From: Catajapyx aquilonaris | Lineage: Eukaryota | Assembly: GCA_000934665.2 (NCBI GenBank) | Contig: KZ538900.1 | Location: 1-41,300, forward strand | Reading direction: 5' to 3' | Length of the DNA: 41,300 nt | In this document: positions 26,121-37,630 of the stretch, in pieces | Layout of the letters: each line of letters opens with the position of its first letter | How positions within the stretch are numbered: the first letter of the stretch is position 1 | Notes under the pieces: model-generated | What the model was told of the DNA's origin: nothing | The model's database searches: none | The model's input: only the letters and a program-made list of their open reading frames with translations | Position numbers and translations under genes: made by a program

Positions 26121-26795
26121 ATACAACTCTAAAATTACATCTACAAAACAGTCGAAATTTTCTTTCCGCTCGATTAATCTCTCGTCGTATTACAGGTATA
26201 ATACTACTCATCCGTCATGTTTTTGTATTTCGTCCCTATACTTGCTGATGTGATCCCCTTGCATATACACTAAAACGGCCAATTTTCATGGACCAGGACA
26301 TTATTTTTTGTACAAAACGGCTGTCAGCTTACCCGCGATCGTACCTCTGCTGGTTGTGATATTTTGTGCGACTGAGTAGCAATTTCCTGGATTATTTCTG
26401 TTAATAAAACTGACCACCTTAGAGAAGGCCAACCGAGAGGGTTCATGGCATATAACCAATTATTATACAGTATCAAACAATGTGCAGTATTTCATAATAA
26501 CTGCAAAATCCGAGACGATGAGAATATCCAGCGTAGAAATGATAAGGTTTATTTTGACCCATATTACTACAATCATTTTTCAAGTCTTACCATCTTCTCT
26601 AATCCTGCTGGATTCCTCTTACAAAATATTAGAGCTGTCTAGAAGAAAAGTTGACTTGGAAACCACAGAGACCGGCTTCACAACTATCATTTCCAGCCGT
26701 GATTTACAATAAATTCTCGTGTAATATAGGTGTCAAGAAATTATTGATATGTAAGCATGCTCTGTGTCCTATTGGAATTACCCAATATACAAGTA

Positions 26796-26939
26796 CTATC
26801 GGATTCAAATACTTTTGGCCACTTTATCCTGGTCTTATTGAGCAACCCTTCACACACACACACCTCCTTAACGTGGGGTCTATGCGAAGGGTTGCTTCAA
26901 GACCAGGATAAAGTGGCCAAAAGTATTTGAACCCGATAG
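26796..26939. mobile_element. Tc1/mariner-type MITE
   Basis: TA TSD; ~55-bp TIRs CTATCGG(A/G)TTCAAATACTTTTGGCCACTTTATCCTGGTCTT; ~370 bp from the exex donor. Confidence 0.88.
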
Positions 26940-27304
26940 TACATTCTGATCGGAATCGTGAAATTAACTACAGTAATCATAATTATTATTGCGGCATTCG
27001 TATTTGCTTCGGCTTGCACCACGCCGAGGATTAAATCTTGTGCTTCTCGGACCTAATTATTTTTACGTACATACTGAAAGTAAACTGAAAGTAACTCGCT
27101 TTCAGCATGATAAACCAGATGGCTTGTTCTAGCAGGATCGTCAAATTTGACTAATCAGCAACCTTCATCGTGCCTTATACTCGATCATTAGTTAAATATT
27201 AAAATCTGAAAACTTGAACTGGACAAAACGATACCATAACACGGACCCTCGCGCAAACGGACACCTGTCCACCCCCTCTGCAAACGTGCCAATGGCCGAC
27301 TGAC

Positions 27305-27839
27305 CTGTCAAATCGGGCAGCCTGGGGTAAAGCATGCCGGCCCTGGCCAACCACTCCAACTGCATCTGCTGCATATTGGCCACCCCTTTGAGGCCGGCCA
27401 ACTCCACCGCCGAGGCCGCAGCAGCCGCCGCAGCCGCAGCCGCCGCCGCCGCGCTGGGAGGATGAAAAGCCGAGCCGCTGAACACTGGCACCCCGCTGGA
27501 AGTGGCCGGCGATGCCACGGTCGACGTCGGAGGGCCACCCGGGTAGTGGTACATGGAGTGTGATGCAAACAGTGGTACCCCCATGGCTGCTGAGGGTGCC
27601 AGCAACCCTGGTCGTGGCATCATATGTGGGGCTGGCAGTTGAGGAATTGATGATGACTCTGTGGTCAGCCCGTCACCTGAAGCCTGCTGCGGCACTGCCA
27701 CCTCGGTTCCAGGCGATATCGGAGGACTTGGGCTGGATGTCCACGTTTGAGGACTGCTGCGGCATCGGTCGCGCGACAACAGGACGTCGATGCAGAAGGA
27801 CTTTTTTTCCATGGTGAGGCCGGCGGGACCGGTGGACAT
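27305..27839 (-). CDS. exex: First coding exon of an HB9/MNX1/extra-extra homeobox transcription factor (start ATG at 27839 or 27812; homeodomain exon(s) not in window)
   Basis: Translation shows MEKKSFCIDVLL (eh1 Groucho-binding motif FxIxxLL, like the MNX1 N-terminus), SPPISPG, SAFHPP, a 13-Ala run, and QLEWLARAGMLYPRLPDLTG, which resembles the segment preceding the homeodomain in HB9/exex proteins. The exon ends at a phase-1 donor ACAG|GTCAGT (27305|27304). There is an in-frame TAG upstream at 27911-27909, and the region is a GC-rich island. Confidence 0.88.
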
Positions 27840-30601
27840 ACTGAACCGGGGCAACGATGCCCATGCGGTTTGGTAGATTCGGATGGTGCTGGCGGACCGC
27901 CCCTTTCTCTAGATGAACAGGACGGCCTCCCGGGTTCTCGTGGGTTGGCCTCTTTGCCATCAGGAGTCAGGTTGGAGGCGGAGCGAAGGCCCTCGTCGAC
28001 CATGCCCCCCGATCGATATCGTCGAACATGCTACCAACAGAGCTAGTTTGTGACACCCCCATTCTCCGTCCTCTGCTGTACCTACCATGGACTACCTCTA
28101 CGTGCATCTCTTTCTCGAGGATTTTGTGGAAACAAGAGTTTTACACTGATGCGTTTATAAGAAGAGGTGATTGAGCTTCAGGATATGCAGAGAGTGATGG
28201 TGAAATGGTGCTGGAGATGTATGGCGTGTGGCACCAATTCTTGTCAGGAAAATGCGGATTGTCACAAAAATAAGAATGTAGAGAAAAACTTTTACTTGTT
28301 AGCAGTTCTATTGAACATCTTTATATATAGTGGAACTCCATGGTTGCTACTGCAGGCTAGCGTAATAGGTGGCATATAGAGAGGCCTTCTTCCTTCCTAT
28401 TAAACTGTTACTGCCATCATATCAGCAGTATCACGGATTTGATGTTTTCATATCAGATTGGTTTTCCGGCTCCTTTTTAATATGGAGCAGTGGGTGTGAT
28501 AGTGCACTATTATATGACCCTCGCAGTTATGAAAGAGTCGCTGCATATTGCCCATTATAACATAGATACTTCCTTCAAAATAATATTGGATAATCGCTTC
28601 AACATTTGCCATTTTCCGCAATTCCATAGTTAGAATTCATTTTGGCTCAAGTAAGCTACTGTATAAGCCTACGTGATGTAGGCTGTTTACAAGTTGCATA
28701 AGCGAAGGATTGTGTGTCCGGCGCGCTTGTGCCTGGGGGAATTTTTGCGTCGATTTTATCCTGGCTCATATGTAACCTAATCCTAAGTGCCTCTTTATTC
28801 TTACAGAATGGCGTGAATTTCAGGCGCTAAAAAGCCTATCTTGAACTCTGTCTCTCTTGCGGGTGTAGTGAATAGGCCTACTCTATACATACACTATATA
28901 CCTAAATGACGTTGCCACTCACATGATACTTGCAGAAAAAGATTAACTTATTACATTGAACACGTCATCGCATCGGGTCTCTGACATTGTCTTGACATCC
29001 ACGCTTCATAACTTCATTGCCCAACCTAAACTTGTAAGAGGAAAATGACTGTTATTATTTTCCTCAAGTTCAACCCTTCAATCCCACCCTCCGAGAAAAT
29101 CCGCGGCCTCCTCCATTCCTTTTTAGTGCGTGGTAAATGAGCTGTAACTATTTATTGGCCTGCAACATGCACTAATCACTGCTATAGTCACATGTTGACA
29201 AATAATGTTAACAGGACATGGTAAGTATAGAAATGTTTATTTTTAACATTTAGTCCAAAAATATTTCGGTGCTTTCTATCCTCGCAATGTCTGAAATACA
29301 TCTGGAAATTTTTTCCGGTTTGAGAGTAGATTAAAACCACAATATCAAGCTCGCACTGTCAAAATTCCAGAAAGAATATCCAAAATGATTTGCACTTTTG
29401 TAGCATAACCACGTCCTCCAGAGGGCGAAAAGAAGCCTTAGATACGCACCTCTTCTTGCTAAGTTGAAACACATCCTGCACATTTCTCACTAAAAAATTA
29501 TACTTATTTTTCAATTCCTTCCAGAACAATCCTTCAACCCTGATTCTAATGCTCCATGTCTTTGAACAGAGCAAGTGTCCAAGCCCACCCTTCGAGTACC
29601 GTCGAGGCTCAGACAAACCACGCCATGAATTGACATTCATGAGTGTACCCTTCTTGCAGACACAATCTCTCTGCGTTCCAGCATTCTGCACAAGTGAATC
29701 GCGGCTGTTTGCTCTACTGCAAGAGGCTACGCTGAGCACCAGGAAACAAGGAGCGTTTGCAGCAGCATCTCCTTACTTACTCTCAAACCCAGTAACTCAT
29801 CAGCGTCATTACAGCCCAGCTCCCTCCCCAAACTTCCTTACACACATAGCCCCACACACGAAGCCATTAGGCAATGTAGGCTTATATACAAGCGGCGAGG
29901 GCCTCCCCAATCCATTTGCCGCCATGTGCATGAAATCCCGCCTGCGGCCTGCTAAGCTTGATTATAAATAATTATTGTCAAAGTAGCTGGTTTCCACTTG
30001 CACTTATCCCGACTGTATGCTTTTGCGCCATGCATTCGCTGCAAATGACGCGATTAGTTCTGGAGGGGGCGACAGTGATGGAGGAGGACCGCCGTGTTAT
30101 CCACTGCCTGTTATTTCGGAGCACACACAAGGATTACATTGGTGTCGGCGCAAATGATGACACGCGGGTAATTTGGGAGAGAATGGGGAGGGAGGGAGGG
30201 GGGGGGGATGCCGGGAGGATTCTCTCCAAAACTCCCGCATGTGCTTTGTATTGTGCAGTTATTCATAAATACGTGGCTGGAGTTACTACCTACTAGCTCA
30301 TCATGCTTAAATAATCGCATAATACCAAGATCTCGTTCGTGACGTTATTCATTTAGAATTATTATTCCAAATGGCTTTAATACTGCGTAAGAGAGTCAAT
30401 ACTGTTGCAAGTCAATGTCGTTAGCTTACTTGTGACATAGCATATTGATTTGAAAAGGGGTATGTAAAAGTCACGAGTTCGGAGGAAGGTCAGATAATTA
30501 ACAAACATTAATATTATGCTTCCCATCCCAGGAGATCACCGTAATTCATATCTCAATCATTACAAAACACCATGCATTTTTAAGAAATCAGCTGAAATAA
30601 A

Positions 30602-31300
30602 CTGTACTCACGATTATCCGGGTGCGGATTATCGGAGCATCGCCAAAAAATAAAGAATTAAAAGTCCGAAAGAATGTCAACTTGACATTCTTTCGGACTA
30701 ATTTTATTTGACTGCGGCAAGCATAGAAATATAGCAGACTTTTCCAGAGGACAAATTATTAAACATCTATGGTAAATTTTATTATTTTCATTAAACATTA
30801 CTAAAAGCAGCATAACGGGGAGGTGTGGTGGCCGTGATGGTGACGTCACGGCTATCTGAGTGAAAGGCCCCAGGTTCGATCCCCGCCTGGGGAACTTTCC
30901 TTTCACCTGCGTCAGGAGGGTCGCTGACCTGCACCAAGGAGGTGTCTGGCAACCCATTAGCTACGACATTGCACCTTGCACCCATGTTCCCTCCCCAAAA
31001 ATCCCTATCCTTTCCCATTGTCCCTGTTTCCTTGCACCGGTGAATGAAGCGAAAAATATATACAGAAAACTGATGGTGGTATGCCACCCCCTATAGCTCC
31101 ATAAGGGACATCACGGGGTAAAATAAATAAAAATAAATAAATAGAAAAGCAGCATAACTATATGTATACAGTAGTCCATTAAAAACCTTTCACTATAAAG
31201 ATCATTTTTACGGTTTATTGGACCATTTTCGGATTCCGTTCTTTCCGATTACTGTTCGCACCAATGCATTCATTAGCTCGGATAATAATCGGGAGTGCAG
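30602..31300. mobile_element. Tigger-like MITE interrupted by a SINE
   Basis: CTGTACTCACGATTATCCG ... CGGATAAT(AAT)CGGGAGTGCAG-TA. Confidence 0.65.
30817..31144 (+). mobile_element. tRNA-derived SINE family A with (TAAA)n tail
   Basis: A/B boxes (GGTGGCCGTGATGG, GGTTCGATCCC); exact 14-bp TSD AAAAGCAGCATAAC at 30803-30816 and 31145-31158; second copy at 36602. Confidence 0.92.
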
Positions 31301-31461
31301 TATATGATGGATTTGATTTGTAATTAATAATTAGTAATTATATTATGTTTCGTACCTCATTTTTAAAATGCAGGAGGCCAAAGTGCCATAGAATTGGAAG
31401 TAGAATTTAGGGTTATAAAACGAGAAGAAAAAACAGCAGAAGAAAACAAATTTTAAACAAG

Positions 31462-31539
31462 TGGACCAACTGGGATTCGAACCTGGGACATTTCGCATGC
31501 TATACGCGAACACTCTTATCAGCACTGAGTTATAAGCCC
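31462..31539 (-). pseudogene. Degenerate tRNA-like sequence (Ala-like SINE head or tRNA pseudogene)
   Basis: Minus strand GGGCTTATAACTCAGTG...TAGCATGCGAA...GGTTCGAATCCCAGTTGGTCCA; stems imperfect. Confidence 0.55.
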
Positions 31540-32196
31540 ATGCATGATTCTTACGCAACTCGATCTCACCAGGGCCACTTGAGCCAATTAGGTGCTATGA
31601 ATCGGAGTGTTAGGGCCGGTTAGCGGGATATACAAATATCGAATTGGTAACTGCTTTTTGTCCAGATTTGTGCGGGGAGTCAGGCTGTGGTTTCCGCGTG
31701 CTGGGCCTGCCTTGCACGCGTTGGTTATTGAGTTATTGCAGGACGGTATATAGCTTTGTGAGGTCTCTTCGTCACGTGACGTGGGGAAGTGAGTTCGATA
31801 ACTACAGTTCACTGTCAATCACCAATTTAATGTTGTGGTTCCCAAATAAATACAATTCAAGTTCACAATCCTGATGCAAAGGCGACAATTGAAGTTACGT
31901 TGAGGCTTCTCATACTGGTGCTCTTCGTACAGCTGCTATTCGTACGGCTCTTCTTAGAATCTGCTCGCAAGTCTTCCCGTATAGAGTCTGCTCGCAAGTC
32001 TTCACGTAGCTCTGGTCAGGTGTGTCTACGTTGCAATGTTCGTCTGACCCCGTAAGGAAGTCCTTCCCCTTTATATGAATAACGTCACGAACGTTAGCGA
32101 TAATAGTACCTGCCTTTTGGCTATAAAAATAAACAAATATCATATTAACTTGTAAGATTCTATAAGCTCTGCTAAACCAGCTAAACGTAACGTATT

Positions 32197-32792
32197 AAGT
32201 AAAACTTCTATAAGTCGAACTTCCCAAGTCGAAGTTCTCTATAAGTCGAAGAAAATGATGAGCTTGGTTGGTCACAATATAAAATAATAGGAAATAAACT
32301 TCCCTAAGTCGAATTTCTATAACTCGAAGGGCAGGCAGGACCTTACGATGGAATATCAATGCATTTTCAGTCTCCCTAAGTCGAAGTTCATGTTGGCGAG
32401 CACGGAAAATATTTTCTCATTTCCCAGCCGAAGGGTCGAGAGTAGGCCACATGTACGGAAAGGCTCAATTTCCTGATCTCCGTCTACCAGACGTACCGAA
32501 AGAAGTGTTAGACTCTATTGTGACAATATATTGAATCCTTGAATCTAATAAGAGTAGGCAAATGTCCATAACGGAGATTTCTTTTACAACAAAACAACGA
32601 GGAACATTGTAAGTGTGATAGTGACAGACAGTTATTTTTAAGTTTTGAACACCTTTCATCGCTGGATATAAAGGTAGGCTTCCTTTATAGAGTCATGTGC
32701 GTTAAAAATTGCAAACTTCTCTAACTCGAATCTTCTATAACTTGAAGTTTTCTTCCGGTCCCATGGAGATTCGACTTATAGAAGTTTTACTG
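32197..32792. mobile_element. Tigger/pogo-like MITE
   Basis: TIR AGTAAAACTTCTATAAGTCGAA ... TTCGACTTATAGAAGTTTTACTG; many subterminal TAAGTCGAA/TAACTCGAA repeats. Confidence 0.85.
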
Positions 32793-32921
32793 GTACTAGT
32801 AATCCCCTATTGGTTGCTAATAATAATTCATCACTTCGATTCGCTCTTTTTCCGTCATCGGCTTATGACGCCCCCAGTACGACACCGTTAATATATGTCC
32901 AGCACTGTACAGTACTTTAGC

Positions 32922-32990
32922 CAGAGGCGTAACTAGGGTATAGCACGTATGGCACGTGCCATGGGCGCCACTTGAAGGGAGCGCCACCGA
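32922..32990 (+). mobile_element. Single end of a hAT-like element
   Basis: CAGAGGCGTAACTAGG followed by GGCAC..GTGCC and GGCGCC motifs; partner end not found. Confidence 0.45.
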
Positions 32991-33124
32991 GCACTTTCTG
33001 TTAAAGTCAATGAGCTATCTTCGGACAGTGAAAATAGAATTTTCTTTAGATATATGGTCTTTACACTATGTAACTAAAATCAACTTTTTGTCCACGGGTA
33101 TTCATGGCATTTCCATGTTCGTTA

Positions 33125-34116
33125 GGGCACTTGTAACTCATAATGACCATTCATTTTTTCTGAACGGTTATTTTAGCTTGGGCAGTCAGAAAACCAAAGT
33201 CCTCGAGATATAGCCGGTCAAGTTTTAGACATATTGCGGAATACTGTGGGAAGAAAAGATGTCGCGAAATTTTCAGTGGAACGGGCTGAAAATTAGGCCT
33301 TTTTTGGGATATTTTTTTAGTTAGTGGAAATAGTAAAAACCCAATCAACATACGCACATCAAATGAAAGAGAAATACGAGGAGAATGCGAATGTGGAATT
33401 TGCTTTCCTCTAAAATGTAACCAGAAAAATGTGCGCGGCATTCCAGTGGTCACATGCTCATTGTCAGTCGCATGTCCAAATATTTTGACCCCAACAATTA
33501 GTGATATATTTGCGTAAGAGCAGCCATATTTGGTGACAGGAGTTGTGCCCCACACAAGGTTTAATATGTTAAGTTTTAAGTCTGGTTCATGCATGGCTCG
33601 CAAGAAAATATTCGCAGATTTACCCACTAATTTTCGGGGGGCCAAATTCGTGGACATGTGACAGACGGAATGCCACCACCATTATTCTGGTTACATTTTT
33701 AAGGAAAACTAATTTCATAGGCTGAGCATTCTCCTGGTATTTTTTCTTTCATTTGATATAATTATATTATGTTTATTGGATTTTGACCACTTCCACGAAC
33801 CAAAAAAAATCTTCAAAAAGGCCTAATTTCAGCCTAATTTCCAAACATTCGCGATTTTTTCCCTCCTCAAGCACTCTCACTGTATTGCAAAATATCGCTG
33901 AAACTAGATATTAAGCATTATGAAATAGGCTGGCATAGCTAGTGTGTACAGCTGTGATTTTTTTCTCCGAAATCCGTGATGGTCTAACAGAATTTCGGCC
34001 CATTTGATTCGGAATGACACCAATATTTCGAGGACTTTGGTTTTTTGAATGCCGCTGGGTCAAAAACAAAGGTCAGACAAAATGAAATGTCATTATATGA
34101 GTAGTTACGAGTGACC
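33125..34116. mobile_element. Old MITE with long imperfect inverted arms (superfamily unassigned)
   Basis: GGGCACTTGTAACT..ATAATGAC..AAAACCAAAGTCCTCGAGATAT..ATCAAATGAAAG..AAAATGTAACCAGAA mirrored between ~33655 and 34116. Confidence 0.75.
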
Positions 34117-34241
34117 TATACTAAGGAACAATGGGAATGAAGTTCCATGGACATTCATTCCCATTGTTCCTTAGGTCACTCGTAACTACTCATACTATAA
34201 TAACATTTCATTTTGCCTTGATCCATGCATGGATCAAGGCA
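34078..34241. repeat. Fold-back of the MITE end (34078-34215) plus a perfect 28-bp palindrome (34214-34241)
   Basis: GAGTAGTTACGAGTGACCTA..AGGAACAATGGGAATGAA / TTCATTCCCATTGTTCCTTAGGTCACTCGTAACTACTC; TGCCTTGATCCATGCATGGATCAAGGCA. Confidence 0.88.
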
Positions 34242-34393
34242 GTAGACTCTGCATGATCTTGCTCTGCTGAGTGTAGAAAGAGAAGAAACTGACAAACACT
34301 GACTTTGACCGTATCATAGACCAACTGGCAAAGCAGGCGCAGTAGTAATTTTTATATGAGTAGTGTCATTTGTCCATACTAAAAGATTAAACC

Positions 34394-35032
34394 GAAGCAG
34401 TAGTGGTGTAGTGGTATGGTGTCCGACTGCTAATCGGGAGGTCCTGGGTTCGAATCCCTGGGTTCGACCCTGATCATGGTTTTCTGTGGTTTCCCATGGT
34501 CCTTGCAGGATAATTCCGGGGTCGTTACCGTAATATAGGCCACAGCCGCCTCCTTCCTTCCCTTTCCCTGCTTCATTCCGGTGATGAGAAAAATAGTAAA
34601 AATGGAAAGAGTTCCAGACAAAAAATTGGGAGAAATCCCCCCCTAGGAAAGCCCGTAGGCTGATAATGGGGTATCAATTATTTTATTTTTTTAATTTACC
34701 CCGTGAGTGACCTGTTAGGTCTTTAGGGGGGGTGGGTTACCACCATTGGAATTTGATTTTTGGAGCGAGTTTAAGAAGATCTTAATTAGTGTACTCCAAG
34801 GGTGGGTGGGAGGGGATGTGCAAAGTGCAAGTGCAATGTCTCTAATCGTCATTTTGTGAACTCCCCCGGGTGGCTTAGTCTGTCGGAAATTGCCACCCGA
34901 AACGAAGCCAGAGATGGCCCAACTCTGCACGAAAGAAGGTGGGAACCCCGGGTGGGGATTGAACCCGGGACCTTAACTTCCGTGGGCGCGCGCGTTACCG
35001 CGGCGCCACTCCGTCTCCCTATGGGGTATCAA

Positions 35033-35092
<60 letters not shown>
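34394..35092 (+). mobile_element. tRNA-derived SINE with Deu/Nin-like core and (ATT)n tail, split by an antisense SINE
   Basis: GGTGTAGTGG and GGTTCGAATCCC boxes; core GGTTTTCTGTGGTTTCCC...AGGCCACAGCCGCCTCCTTCC; tail (ATT)n at 35033-35092. Confidence 0.75.
34678..35020 (-). mobile_element. tRNA-derived SINE family B
   Basis: Head and body match 37102-37350; TSD ATGGGGTATCAA at 34666-34677 and 35021-35032; A-rich tail after CACGGGGT. Confidence 0.85.
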
Positions 35093-35094
<2 letters not shown>

Positions 35095-35300
35095 AAGATT
35101 AATGAACTTTTGCCTGGTATATTTGAGCCGATTTAATGATAAAGTTGTCTGAAAGATGGGTTTCAGATGTATGGACAGGGGCGCAGTTTCAGTGCTTGCC
35201 ATATGCGCTATTTTCCGTAAATACGTCTCTGACTTTAGCGCAGGATATTGGGAAAACATTCTGATTCATGACAATGTGAATGATGTATTACGTCCATTAA

Positions 35301-35584
35301 CCCTGGAACCGTGCCGTGGGGTCTTTTCGGACCCCAAAGGAATTAAAATGCATTAAAATTACAATTACAATGAACTGTTTGCCATTTAAAAAAGTATAAA
35401 ACAGGAAGTGCATGTTTATTTTTAATTAGCGATCATTTTAGGCATTGTTCAAAGAATGATAGTACATAATCAATACATTGAAAAGTATTATATAAAAATT
35501 GATAAAAATTAAAATATGGCGTGGGGTCCTAAAAGACCCCACGGCACGGTTCCCGTAACTTTCAGGCAGGGCACGGTTCCAGGG
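35301..35584. mobile_element. piggyBac-like non-autonomous element
   Basis: TTAA TSD (35297-35300, 35585-35588); TIR CCCTGGAACCGTGCC; duplicated subterminal repeat at the right end. Confidence 0.9.
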
Positions 35585-36355
35585 TTAAATGGCCGATTTT
35601 CAATATTCATAAGAAAATGGCTTGCAGCAAATTGATTGATTTGGATGGAACTGTATGGTGTGGGAAAGATTTGGAGTTGTCAATATAATGCTCGCATTAT
35701 TAGAGTTATCTTCTCCCATTGTCATGAAGTTGACAGAGAGATTGTTTCGAATGCCAAAGAGAAATAATTAGGCCATAAGTTATATGACATTGCGTTGGTA
35801 CAGTACACTACTATCCAATACTGCATAAGGCCTCTGTTGCTTCTAGCGATGAAGAAATGGCGAAAATAGGCAGGCTACTGATGTTAAATACTATAGCATC
35901 TTATGTTGTTGCATTGCAGGCTAAAACGCATGCTCCTCAGGAATCAAGAAAGCTGGAAAGCTATCCTCATTTTATGACATCAGTTATAATATTATGGTTA
36001 TAGATTTACAATCCAGAAATTTACCCCAACACAGCAGAATACAATTTCGTACCGATCGGACACTGTGTTCCGTCCTTTTTACCTAGTCCTGAAATGTCAG
36101 TAAACAGTGTAGATAGGGAGACCACCACGCAGCACATGATTCCCACCGTAGGTGGATCGTTCTATACCATGTGACAACAAGGACGGCTTGTGAATTATTT
36201 TAGGGTTTTCAAATTATGTTAACATAGATGTTCTCGCAATTTTCAGTTCTGATGAACTATCTGAAGATTTCAATTCTATGTCATCATAGTTACGGGAGTC
36301 AATATAGAGTGGTGTATACGTGAGGTAATGCGGTAATTTGCAAGAATTCAAATCC

Positions 36356-36445
36356 TGTAGAGCTCATATTCTTACACGCTTACATTCCACTATTCCAGTA
36401 TACTGGAATAGTGGAATGTAAGCGTGTAAGAATATGAGCTCTACA
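36356..36445. repeat. Perfect 90-bp spacer-less palindrome
   Basis: Two 45-bp arms checked base by base; centre TTCCAGTA|TACTGGAA at 36400/36401. Confidence 0.95.
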
Positions 36446-36601
36446 AACTTACTATAGTTTCAACTTGCCGAAGTTAGTTTGGAAACCCCTTTATAAGATG
36501 TTGTTAGATTGTTGAGGTAACTGAGATGATTTTTCGATATCATTACATAATATAGTGTAATATACGTAGTACATTTTCAAGAATTAAAATCAGTAAGCGT
36601 A

Positions 36602-36930
36602 GGGGAGGTGTGGTGGCCGAGATGGTAACGTCTCGGCTTGCTGAGTGAAAGGTCCCAGGTTCGATCCCCGCCTGGGAGTTCCCTTTCGCCTGCGTCAGTA
36701 TATAGGTTCTCTGACCCGAACCTTGGAGGTGTCTGGCAACCTAACCTCCTGGGGGACTGACTACACATGGCCCCATTTGAGACAATTCACTTGCACCCGT
36801 GTCCCCTCCCCAAGAATCCCTATTCTTACCTTATGTCCTTGATTCCTTGCACCGGAGACTGAAGAAAAACTACACTCTAGAAAACTGATGGTGGTGTGCC
36901 AGCCCCCTATAAGGGCTCAGCCCTAGCACG

Positions 36931-36984
<54 letters not shown>
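36602..36984 (+). mobile_element. tRNA-derived SINE family A with (GA)n tail
   Basis: Aligns with 30817-31144; ends CACGGGGT followed by (GA)n. Confidence 0.9.
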
Positions 36985-36987
<3 letters not shown>

Positions 36988-37101
36988 CGCGGCAATTCGA
37001 TGCCTTCGGGAGGCCCCGCAGTCGATCTCTGGTTTCGGCTATATCGTGATAAAAATTTTGCAGAATTTTCTAAGGTCCACATACTCGTATAATATGAGGG
37101 G

Positions 37102-37451
37102 GAGGGAGGCGGAGTGGTGCTGCGGTAACGTATGCGTCCACGGATGTTGATGTTAAGGTCCCGGGTTCGATCCCAGCCCGGGGACGGCGGGGACACCCCC
37201 TTCCTCTCGTGCAGAGTTCAGGGTCACCTCTGGCTTCGTCTCGGGTGGTATTTCCAACAAACTAAACCACCCGGGGGAGTTCGCTAAAAATGGCCACGTT
37301 TAAGACATTGCACTGCACCTTGTACATCCCCTCCTGTCATCCTGCCCTTGGGCCCGGGCGCTTCGTCAAAGGTTCCAATTGTGTACGTTGATGTACAGGT
37401 TAGTAAATAAAGGTCCGTGCAATACCCCAAGAGGGGTCAAGCACTACCCGG

Positions 37452-37529
<78 letters not shown>
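37102..37529 (+). mobile_element. tRNA-derived SINE family B with a different 3' end and (ATT)n tail
   Basis: GGTTCGATCCC B box; body matches 34678-35020 reversed; near-exact TSD TATAAT(T)ATGAGGGG at 37088-37101 and 37530-37544. Confidence 0.85.
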
Positions 37530-37530
<1 letters not shown>

Positions 37531-37590
37531 ATAATTATGAGGGGCAAAGTATAGGTCACTTGTCGTGTCATAGCCAAAGTAAGTCACATA

Positions 37591-37630
37591 GGGGAGACCG
37601 GGGCATAGTGGTCCACGAGGCACAGTGTTC
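37591..37630 (+). mobile_element. Single pogo/Fot1-like terminal repeat
   Basis: TA-GGGGAGACCGGGGCATAGTG with a repeated GGCA(T/C)AGTG motif; no partner found in the window. Confidence 0.45.

Larger units (their letters stand above)
1..27304 (-). other. exex: Large intron of the exex/HB9 gene (continues beyond window start)
   Basis: GT donor at 27304; no RRPRTAF/WFQNRR-type homeobox coding sequence found by eye or in the ORF track downstream on the minus strand; region filled with TEs. Confidence 0.7.

Noticed and set aside
27192..27304. C-terminal part of the 220-aa ORF (QSAIGTFAEG...)
   Set aside because: Read-through past the GTCAGT donor into the intron.
1..27304. Homeobox exon of exex
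   Set aside because: No RRPRTAF or WFQNRR coding sequence found by eye; a TBLASTN would be needed to exclude it formally.
31820..32190. LTR with primer-binding site on the minus strand
   Set aside because: ACAACA followed by TGGTG and a TATA-like motif are suggestive, but there is no second LTR, TSD or gag/pol similarity.
33151..33657. 168-aa ORF
   Set aside because: Lies within the inverted arms of a MITE; no recognisable motif.
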